This document shows, piece by piece, positions 18,741 through 26,587 of a stretch of DNA of 64,000 bases. The stretch lies in NCBI GenBank assembly GCA_964617825.1, contig CAZTWL010000024.1, positions 1,881-65,880 on the forward strand. Reading direction: 5' to 3'. This DNA is from an uncultured Verrucomicrobiota bacterium. GTDB lineage: Bacteria; Verrucomicrobiota; Kiritimatiellia; JAAZAB01. Position 1 is the stretch's first letter; each line of letters opens with the position of its first letter. The notes under the pieces are model-generated. The model saw nothing but the letters and a program-made list of their open reading frames with translations. It searched no databases and was not told where the DNA came from. The translations under genes and the position numbers were made by a program.

Positions 18741-19311
18741 CCCAAGTTCGGAAAAGACAGCACCAAATACGGGAGGACGGCTCAAATCGAGGACGCCCGG
18801 ATAATCTGGGAGGATGCGTCCGGAGCGGCATTGGCGGCCGTTAATCGTTACGGCAACGGTAACGTGCTGACGACCATGGTTGATTGGATGGTCCCGCGCG
18901 GAATTGAGGGCAGGGATGGCATCAGAGGCGAGCCATCCGGCTGGTTGAATACTCTCTGGCAGGGGCGGGAGATGCCATTTGCAAAATTATTGATGGATAA
19001 GATCGTCGACGAAGTGTTATCTTTAGCAGTCGAGGGGACATAGAATACGGCGTCAATAAGCGGAAGGACGGATGGCTGGTATATTTAATCAACAATAAGG
19101 GCGTAACCAAGTTTACGCGTACGGCTGACAAACTGGATGCACAGGCGACCGCAAAGGTGACGGTGGCGTGCGCGAAGATCGGGAAGGTCGTCAAAGTGAC
19201 GGAATTAAGGAGCGACAAGTAAGTTGCCTATGACCATGCAAACCGCCAGTTCAAGGTTAATGTCGGGCCGGGGATATCAAGATACTGTTTATCGCCACCA
19301 AGGCGGAATGA
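18741..19311 (+). pseudogene. decayed 3' fragment (last ~190 codons) of a paralog of the 759-aa gene at 20653-22932
   Basis: Translation across three frames aligns with the C-terminus of 20653-22932. ARIIWEDASGAALAAVNRYGNGNVLTTMVDWMVPRG aligns with ARPLWLDQRNGILASAHDYGRGRVILSTVDYMLPRRG. DIEYGVNKRKDGWLVYLINNKGVTKFTRTA aligns with DIEYGLNKVADGWWVYLINNRGVTKFTRTA. GPGDIKILFIAT aligns with GPGDIRIVKLITAP. The lesions are a 1-nt loss in a G-run near 19040, an in-frame TAA at about 19219 and a 1-nt loss in a G-run near 19272. A 20-nt identical DNA core occurs at 19100-19119 and 22726-22745. The 5' ~570 codons are absent. Confidence 0.75.
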
Positions 19312-19360
19312 ACGCGTATGACCTTAAAGTAAGTAACGGCAATGGAAGTAAGGGGTCAAA

Positions 19361-20590
19361 ATGAGGAAGGCCATTCTTAAAAATTGCCTGGTGACCGGCA
19401 TGCTCTGTGCGAGTGCTCTGGCGGCAGATGCCGCCACGCATTATCTGGTGCCGGCCAATCCATCGGCGGCAAACCCCTATACCAGTTGGGAAACGGCCGG
19501 CACCAGCATCATCGACGTGGTCAAAGCCGCCATGACGAATGCCACAACGCCAAGGATAATCCTGGTCACCAATGGCGTCTATACGCTCACAAATGCGACG
19601 ACGGCCATTACGAATGACGTTGTCATCCGGAGCGTCAATGGGCGCGATGCCACCGTTTTCAACGGTAATGGGTTGTGGCGCTGTTTTGACTTGCAGTACA
19701 CCAGTTGTGTTCTTGACGGCTTGACAATTTCCAACGGTTATACCAGTTCCGGCGGCGGTGGCGGCGGAATATACATAAAGAACGGGATTGTTACCAATTG
19801 TCTTATTACCGATTGCGTAAATTCGAATACAGGCGGGCGCGATGGCGGCGGGGGGATCAGAATCACAGCGGTTGGCGTGGTGGCCAATAGTATTATCCGA
19901 AGGAATAAGAAATATAACGGCGATTGTGCCGGCGCCGGAATAGCCGTGGATAACACGAGCACAAGTCTAATCGAAAACTGTGTTATCGAGGGGAATCAGT
20001 CCTTCATTGGCCATGGAGGTGGGATTATTGTCGGCTATGACAGTAATTTTGGGACGCCGCTAGCTACAATCAGGAATTGTCTGATAAAATGCAATACGAC
20101 CTTGTTAACCTCTGGCACTTATGGTGGCGGTATAATGCTGGGGTCTGCAGCAACCAACAGGGTTCTGATTGCCAACTGTACGATTCTATGCAATACCGGC
20201 CGCTGGGTTGGGGGCATTGCTTCTCTGGTCGGGTCGACAATGATAACCAATCCGCTTATCTTTAACTGTATCGTCGTCAGTAACCAAGGAACAGATTATG
20301 CTAATTTAGGCGGGGTAGGCACCAATGCCGTAGCCTATAGCTGTTCGACCTTTGGGAATCACTTTAAGCTCATGAACGGCAATACAACCAACGACCCCCA
20401 GTTCACGAGCTTTACGGAAGGGGACTTCCGATTCAACCGTTTCTCGCCGTGCTTCAATTCGGGGACGAACCAGGCCTGGATGACCAACGCGGTCGACCTG
20501 GACGGGCATGCGCGCATCTTGCACGGTAGGGTGGATATGGGGGCCTACGAGCTCTTCATTCCCGGCGGCACAATGTTCATTGTAAAATAA
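19361..20590 (+). CDS. secreted right-handed parallel beta-helix protein with choice-of-anchor-Q-like C-terminal motif
   Basis: Signal peptide MRKAILKNCLVTGMLCASALA. N-terminal HYLVPANPSAANPYTSWETAGTSI. Repeated NC/I..N/GGGI rungs. C-terminal DLDGHARILHGRVDMGAYE. Confidence 0.8.
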   Translation: MRKAILKNCLVTGMLCASALAADAATHYLVPANPSAANPYTSWETAGTSIIDVVKAAMTNATTPRIILVTNGVYTLTNATTAITNDVVIRSVNGRDATVFNGNGLWRCFDLQYTSCVLDGLTISNGYTSSGGGGGGIYIKNGIVTNCLITDCVNSNTGGRDGGGGIRITAVGVVANSIIRRNKKYNGDCAGAGIAVDNTSTSLIENCVIEGNQSFIGHGGGIIVGYDSNFGTPLATIRNCLIKCNTTLLTSGTYGGGIMLGSAATNRVLIANCTILCNTGRWVGGIASLVGSTMITNPLIFNCIVVSNQGTDYANLGGVGTNAVAYSCSTFGNHFKLMNGNTTNDPQFTSFTEGDFRFNRFSPCFNSGTNQAWMTNAVDLDGHARILHGRVDMGAYELFIPGGTMFIVK

Positions 20591-20652
20591 CAATAACAAT
20601 CGGGTTAAAGTCGCCTGCAGGCGTCAACTCAAGTAGTAAAAGGAAGGTCAGC

Positions 20653-22932
20653 ATGTATTCGATCAAATCCAGACCTGTATTCGGCAAGGGGCGCGGAATT
20701 CTATGCGGGGCAGCGCTGTGCTCGCTGGCCCTCTGTTGCTGGCAACGGCCTGTCCAGGCTGCCGCAATGGAAACCAACGCTGCAATCCGGATCGTTGCCC
20801 GGAATGATTTCGATGTCAATCCCACGCTCAAGCCGCCGGAAATCGCGGGCCGGCCGTTCTGGCTGATCCTGCCGGGCAACAGGCTGTGGTTGCGATCGAA
20901 CACCAATCCGCCACCCGCTCCGGATGCGTTGACGCAGTTTGCCGTCGCCACGGAGCCCATGGTGCGCGACGCCGCGAACTCTTACCCAAGCGTTGACCTG
21001 TACTCATCCACCAATCCCCCGGTTGTGGATGGCGCCCGACTGCTCGAGCTTGAAAACATCAACCCTGATACGCCCTTTATTCTCCCAGTTAAGCGGGCCA
21101 ACTCGCGGACGTATCTGGATGATTTCAAGACCATCAACCACAAAGCCTATCGGCGGTGGAAGGCCGAGCATCCGAACTTCCTGGGATTCACGGCCGGCGA
21201 CGAGCTTGATCCGGCGTATTGCGGCTTTCTGAAAACCTCGCCAACCCAGCTCGTGGCGCGCCTCCGGCAGTCCGGCGCTTCCGAAACGGTCATTGCCCGA
21301 ACCGTGGCCATTGCCACCAATGCGGTCAAGAGCAAGGACCAGAGCATGGCCGGGTTTCGCCAACTCTATTTCGACGGCGCCCGGCGTTTCTTTTTTGACG
21401 ATCCGGACCACATGGTGTATTTGCACAGCGCCTGTTGCGTGGACCATTGCCTGCTCGAATGGGGCGCGGGGCTCCTGACCCTGGAAACGACCAGCACAGG
21501 ACCCTATCGTCACCAGCAGGCCATGGCTTCCGCGCGTGGGGCGGCGCGCCAATACGGCAAGCCCTGGAACTGGTATATGGCCGTCTGCTACAACGGCTAT
21601 ACCGACAGCAACACCTGGGACAACAACGCCTTCCCCTACTCCCTGACCACCAGCCCGACACCCGTCGCCAGCGACCCGCCCGGCCACGTGCGCGGACCGA
21701 CCTGCGGCATGTCGGTCTCGCTCTTGCGGCGCGACTTTTTCCTGGGCTATCTCAGCGGCGCCAGCTTTGTGCAGCCGGAAACATATCCCTACGCCTTCTG
21801 GCAATACAAGGACCAGAGCCGGAAGACCTACGAACTGTCGCCGCACGGCCAGGCCATGAAGGAGATGATGGAATTCAGCCGCAAGCATCCCGACCGCGGC
21901 GTGAGTTACGCGCCCGTGGCCCTGCTGCAACCGTACAATCATGTCGAAGCCAGCTGGGGAGCGAGTTCCTTCTTCTATTTTCCGATGACCCGCGCGGACA
22001 TGATGATTGACGCCTTCCGGTTCACGCTTCTGCCCCATGAACAGAACTTGGAGAAGGGCAAGGAAGGCCTGGAAGGCTGCCTGCACAACAGTGTCTATGG
22101 CGACATCTATGATATCCTGCGGCCCAATCCGCCGAGCGGTCCCGTGCCGTTGGCGGTCCTGCAGAACTACCCGGTGGCCATCATGCTGGGCGACTTCGAT
22201 CTGGACCGGGCGCTGGCCGAGCGGCTGATGCAGTACGTGAAAGGCGGCGGCACACTGGTCATCAACACGCGCCAGCTTAACAAGCACCTGCCGGCGGACT
22301 TTCTCGGCGCGGAGCGCACGGGCGCGGTCTGCGGCACGCAAGGCAAGGTCCAAGCGGCCGACGGACGGACGTCGGCAACCTTGCCGGAGCCCTATGATTA
22401 CGATCAGATCAAATTGTGCGGCGCCCGGCCGCTGTGGCTCGACCAACGCAACGGCATCCTGGCCAGCGCGCACGATTACGGGCGCGGGCGGGTGATCCTG
22501 AGCACTGTGGATTACATGTTGCCCCGCAGAGGGTTGAGCAAATGGGCCAAGCCGGAAGATATTGATCCGTACCTGGAAGACATGAGAAGCATGGATGCGC
22601 CGCTGATCAAGCTGCTAATGCAGCAGATTGTCCGGGAGGTCCTGCCGGTGGAAGTCCAGGGCGACATCGAATACGGCCTCAATAAGGTCGCCGACGGCTG
22701 GTGGGTCTATCTGATCAACAACAGAGGCGTAACCAAGTTTACGCGCACGGCCCAGAAGCTGGACCCCGCCGCCACGGCCAAGGTTACCATCGCCCTGCGG
22801 GATCTGGCCGTCAAAGAGGCGCGCGAGTTGCTTGCGGACAAGGTCCTGACCTGCGACCGCATCGCAAAGTCTGTGACCCTGGACGTGGGGCCCGGCGACA
22901 TCCGGATTGTGAAGCTAATCACTGCGCCATGA
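20653..22932 (+). CDS. hypothetical secreted protein, 759 aa (unknown family)
   Basis: SD AAAGGAAGG. N-terminal hydrophobic signal (ILCGAALCSLALCCW). Protein-like composition throughout. It has a decayed partial paralog at 18741-19311. Confidence 0.8.
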   Translation: MYSIKSRPVFGKGRGILCGAALCSLALCCWQRPVQAAAMETNAAIRIVARNDFDVNPTLKPPEIAGRPFWLILPGNRLWLRSNTNPPPAPDALTQFAVATEPMVRDAANSYPSVDLYSSTNPPVVDGARLLELENINPDTPFILPVKRANSRTYLDDFKTINHKAYRRWKAEHPNFLGFTAGDELDPAYCGFLKTSPTQLVARLRQSGASETVIARTVAIATNAVKSKDQSMAGFRQLYFDGARRFFFDDPDHMVYLHSACCVDHCLLEWGAGLLTLETTSTGPYRHQQAMASARGAARQYGKPWNWYMAVCYNGYTDSNTWDNNAFPYSLTTSPTPVASDPPGHVRGPTCGMSVSLLRRDFFLGYLSGASFVQPETYPYAFWQYKDQSRKTYELSPHGQAMKEMMEFSRKHPDRGVSYAPVALLQPYNHVEASWGASSFFYFPMTRADMMIDAFRFTLLPHEQNLEKGKEGLEGCLHNSVYGDIYDILRPNPPSGPVPLAVLQNYPVAIMLGDFDLDRALAERLMQYVKGGGTLVINTRQLNKHLPADFLGAERTGAVCGTQGKVQAADGRTSATLPEPYDYDQIKLCGARPLWLDQRNGILASAHDYGRGRVILSTVDYMLPRRGLSKWAKPEDIDPYLEDMRSMDAPLIKLLMQQIVREVLPVEVQGDIEYGLNKVADGWWVYLINNRGVTKFTRTAQKLDPAATAKVTIALRDLAVKEARELLADKVLTCDRIAKSVTLDVGPGDIRIVKLITAP

Positions 22933-23266
22933 CGTATGCTTGGGCAGTTCGGCGGCGCAGGCCGCCACCACTTGCAGGAAAACCCAGCAATGTCTTTGAT
23001 CAGATCCGTTACGCAAACCGGCGTGCGGCGGTTTCGTCGTCGACGCCAAATGGACGGGAGGCGCGATTTGCGAAGCGCGCGTACACTCGCTTTCGGGCGG
23101 CATTTGTCGCGTAAAAGCGCAAGGTTTACGCAAAGTGCTCGACACCGATGGACGCCCAGTCGCCGAAGCCCAGGGCGACATAGCTTGCTTCCCCACCGCG
23201 CCGGGCAACGAATACCGCCTGCTGTTCGGTTAAGAGCGCAACCTCGTTCGGTAATGGCTGCATACG

Positions 23267-23302
23267 AAAGCGGACCCGCGGGGCAGATCCGCTTTTCTCT
23301 AT
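23267..23302 (+). terminator. putative intrinsic terminator (hairpin AAAGCGGA / UCCGCUUU followed by UCUCUAU)
   Basis: Perfect 8-bp stem (23267-23274 with 23288-23295), a 13-nt loop, and a U-rich tail on the plus strand. It lies in the convergent gap between 20653-22932 (+) and 23421-26261 (-). Confidence 0.35.
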
Positions 23303-23420
23303 GCGAGTATCCGCTTGGCGCATCAGCAGGGCTGAGAGGGCGCCATCTCCCCTGCGCATGCCGACAACACGCGCAGGTTCAGCGCCGCGCGGACAAGCTT
23401 CGGAATATCCCGCCGTTTTT

Positions 23421-26261
23421 TTAATCTTCACGCGACAGGGAGATATCGTCGACAATGGCCGCGGTATCTTTGGGCCCCTGGTAAGAGAGCATCAGCCCCA
23501 CCCATTCGTTCGTCTTGATGGTGTAATGCGCCGAGTAGACTTTCGTTTCCTCGGTAAGCTTGAACGACCCGGCATTTTCCGTCGGGTGGATCTTGCGTCT
23601 GTAGCCGTTTTTTTCATTGGGGTCGTTGGTATCGGTATAGCGCAGGAAAGAAATGCCCAGGTTTCCTCCTCCCGCTCCCGAAGCCTTGCAGGAAACCATG
23701 ATCTTTCGTTCCGCAGGAACCTGCGGCAGCGCCATATACAAAAGCTGAAACATGTTCCCGTAAGAGTTGATCTTGACGGCGTTCCCGTTCGTCATGATCA
23801 GCGGCTCTGCGCCGTTCAGCGACCAGCTCTTGATGGTCTTGTCCTGAAGATCGTCCAGCGAGCCATTGTCAAGGCAGGGAGAGCCCATGACAATTCCGCG
23901 GTAACCGGAAGTGTCGTGATGTTCAACGCCATCGAGCGAGAACACTCCCGCGTAGGCGTCCGCGCTTGCGACTTTCCGATTGCGTGCGGCATGAATGCGC
24001 CAGAGTTCGCCGCGTTCCAGCTTGCCGATCTTGCTGATCGGGACCTGCAGCTCGATCACATAACGGTCCTTGAGAACCTTGGCGGCCGCCTTGACGCCGA
24101 GATCCACTTCGGCGTTATTGCCGGGACAAGCGGCATCATAGACAACGCCTTTCGGGTTCACGGCAACATGAAAATATTCCTGCGCGGCGCTCGGAGGCAT
24201 GATAAACAGCTCGATGGAGTCGTCGCCCCAGACATTCTTGTCTTTCGCGGCCTTCATGACCAGACCGGAAGGATCGGGTTCCAGGGCGGTGACAAGAAAA
24301 TACAGGTTTTCCGAATCGGAAAGCATGCCGATGGTGGTTTTCAGATTTTCCTCGACCGGCTTATCCTTGTCGCGGAACGTCCGCTTAAAGTCGCTGGTAT
24401 AAAATGCCCGGGCCCATTCGGCTTCGTTCCCGTCGCCGTCAATCGTGATTTCCCCCTGCCTGGTGGGCGCCGCATAGCTCTTGCCAAGTTTGGCGGCGAG
24501 TTCTGCGTTGGGCTTGATCCAATAACGCTCGAGATAGAAACGGTCGCCTTGGACGCGCGCCTTGATCAAAGGATCGTTGGCCGCCAACTTGTCGGCTTCG
24601 TCCAAGCAGGCAAGGAGCTTCGCTTTGCTTTCGGGATGATTTAAAAGAGCGGGCCGGCGCTGGTCGCGGGTCGGATACCCCATGCAGAGGGACGAGTTAT
24701 CCCAAAGCATGCGGCGCAGATCATGATACTTCTTCATCGCGGGATATGCCGCCCCGTAATATTTGGACTCGATATCGGCAAGGATCGTTTCCGCATCCAG
24801 TTCGGGATCCCAGAGAAGCTTGCTTGTGACATAGAGCCACTGCCAGTTGGAATTGAATACGTCCGCGCGCTCGTCATATCCTTTGACTTCCGGAACGAAA
24901 GCCGCATCCGGAAACAGCGCCTCCTCTTTCCATCCGATGAGCCCGAGCTCCTTGTAGAACTTCAAATCTTGTGCCTGGCGCTTTTCCAACGGTACGTACA
25001 GCGGCGGCGTGCATGACGTATATTCATAGGTCCGAATGTTGGGAACGATTCGTTTCCATTCCTTCAAGAGGTTTAACAGGACGACGTTGCGCCGGCAGGA
25101 GGGATCATCCAGCGCATGCCCGTAGCACCGTCCGTGAATGCAGAAATAGATGTTCAAACGCGGGTCATATTTGACGTTTTTTGGAATGGAACGGTAAGTG
25201 TGATAAGCCCATACGGTCAGATTTGCGTCGGGATGCTTGGCATAGACCTGATCGGCGATTTTCGCGCATACCTTATGAAAGCGGGTCGATACGTTGTGAT
25301 AGTCGAAAGTCTCCGTTTCATCCAACTTCCGGCATTCGGGACATTCGCACCAGCCGGTCGTGGAATCCACCATCCCCATGAGCAGGCCGACGCGTTCCGG
25401 CGGATATTTCGCATACAATCCTTCCAGATATTGGATGACAAGGCTCTGTACATCGGGATTGGAAATGCAGTATTGTTTTTCGGAATGCTTTGTGAGCACG
25501 CGCTTGCCGTCAATCATGCTGAAATATTCGGGATGCGTCGCAAACAGCGCCGCTGGAACGGCATCCGAAAAAGTAGTGTGTCCGCCCGAGATGGAGACAT
25601 GATCGGGCAATCGCGCCTGATAATAGGGATCCTTGATGTTATTCGCAAACGACCATGCCGCCGGAACATGAAACTTGTTGCGCACGGAATAGTTCCGCCC
25701 ATTGATCGGCGGCGGATTGGCTGCCGCAGCGCAATGACTGAGCATGCGATATTTGAAAAAGGGCTGCTTGAAACATTCGAAATCAGGCAGCAATATGGTT
25801 TGCTGCTTCGGAACATATTCTCCGGGATCGGCCGCCGTGGCCGCTTTCAGCCAACGAACGCCGAGTTTTTCCTCCAGCAGCGTATAGACGCCCCAAAGCT
25901 CCGCCACCCGTTTTTTACCGACGATGTAAAGCTTATCCCCTTTGCAATAGAGATAAAACGCTTCGATGTTTTGGGTCGCTTCCAGCCTGTTCCTGACGGC
26001 GGTCGGAACATCCTGAAGAGTTTGCAGGGTTCCGATGACGATTTGATTCGGCTGCTGCGATTGGCCAATTTCGATTCCCAACGATTTGCCCGAAATTTTA
26101 GCGACATACTCCGCAAGCTCCTGGGCGCCCACCTTGGAACTTTCCTCCGCATTTTGCGGAATCACGATCGCGGTGTCTCCCGTAAGATCGAACGCGCGCA
26201 AATATGCCGGGAAAAGGAGCGCCAAAGCTGCCGCGGCCAAAAACGACAATTTGTTTTTCAT
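23421..26261 (-). CDS. secreted DUF4838-family protein with internal CBM9-like module and C-terminal beta-sandwich domain
   Basis: Signal peptide MKNKLSFLAAAALALLFPAYLRA. The N-terminus (AIVIPQNAEESSKVGAQELAEYVAKISGKSL..LYIVGKKRVAELWGVYTLLEEKLGVRWL and THPEYFSMIDGKR) is typical of DUF4838. A CBM9-like block follows: ITIDGDGNEAEWARA..NLYFLVTALEP..DDSIELFIMP. Confidence 0.85.
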   Translation of the reverse strand: MKNKLSFLAAAALALLFPAYLRAFDLTGDTAIVIPQNAEESSKVGAQELAEYVAKISGKSLGIEIGQSQQPNQIVIGTLQTLQDVPTAVRNRLEATQNIEAFYLYCKGDKLYIVGKKRVAELWGVYTLLEEKLGVRWLKAATAADPGEYVPKQQTILLPDFECFKQPFFKYRMLSHCAAAANPPPINGRNYSVRNKFHVPAAWSFANNIKDPYYQARLPDHVSISGGHTTFSDAVPAALFATHPEYFSMIDGKRVLTKHSEKQYCISNPDVQSLVIQYLEGLYAKYPPERVGLLMGMVDSTTGWCECPECRKLDETETFDYHNVSTRFHKVCAKIADQVYAKHPDANLTVWAYHTYRSIPKNVKYDPRLNIYFCIHGRCYGHALDDPSCRRNVVLLNLLKEWKRIVPNIRTYEYTSCTPPLYVPLEKRQAQDLKFYKELGLIGWKEEALFPDAAFVPEVKGYDERADVFNSNWQWLYVTSKLLWDPELDAETILADIESKYYGAAYPAMKKYHDLRRMLWDNSSLCMGYPTRDQRRPALLNHPESKAKLLACLDEADKLAANDPLIKARVQGDRFYLERYWIKPNAELAAKLGKSYAAPTRQGEITIDGDGNEAEWARAFYTSDFKRTFRDKDKPVEENLKTTIGMLSDSENLYFLVTALEPDPSGLVMKAAKDKNVWGDDSIELFIMPPSAAQEYFHVAVNPKGVVYDAACPGNNAEVDLGVKAAAKVLKDRYVIELQVPISKIGKLERGELWRIHAARNRKVASADAYAGVFSLDGVEHHDTSGYRGIVMGSPCLDNGSLDDLQDKTIKSWSLNGAEPLIMTNGNAVKINSYGNMFQLLYMALPQVPAERKIMVSCKASGAGGGNLGISFLRYTDTNDPNEKNGYRRKIHPTENAGSFKLTEETKVYSAHYTIKTNEWVGLMLSYQGPKDTAAIVDDISLSRED

Positions 26262-26587
26262 GGCTTGTTGTGACGGTCAATCCTTATTTGAATTTATTCT
26301 CGCGGCCTGTCGGTCCGATCATCTCACGGCCAAGACTGGAGGATGAGTGCCATAAACACCGATAGGATGCAACATGAAAATGCGGGGTTCTCCCGTTCGC
26401 TTCCTGCCCAAAGGCGTTATGATTGCAGGCCTCAATATGCTTGATGGCGCGCGGATTCATGCTATTCTGCGCTCCTTCGTCGCCCTTGGCCGCGAAAAAA
26501 TAACCGAGCGCAACTTGGAATACATAGCGGACGGGACACACCGGACAACCAAACGCAAAAATCGGTTTTATTTCTGCAAGTATTGCC

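Noticed and set aside
21004-22473. 489-aa minus-strand ORF inside the 759-aa gene
   Set aside because: An antisense shadow frame with non-protein-like composition, no SD and no motif. The sense ORF has a signal peptide and a paralog that supports its frame.
22936-23424. 162-aa plus-strand ORF in the convergent spacer
   Set aside because: The composition is extremely Arg-rich, there is no SD, and the ORF runs through the predicted terminator hairpin.
23301-26273. Plus-strand ORFs of 447 aa (23301-24644) and 385 aa (25116-26273) opposite the DUF4838 gene
   Set aside because: These are shadow frames. The minus-strand ORF carries the signal peptide and the DUF4838 and CBM9 motifs.
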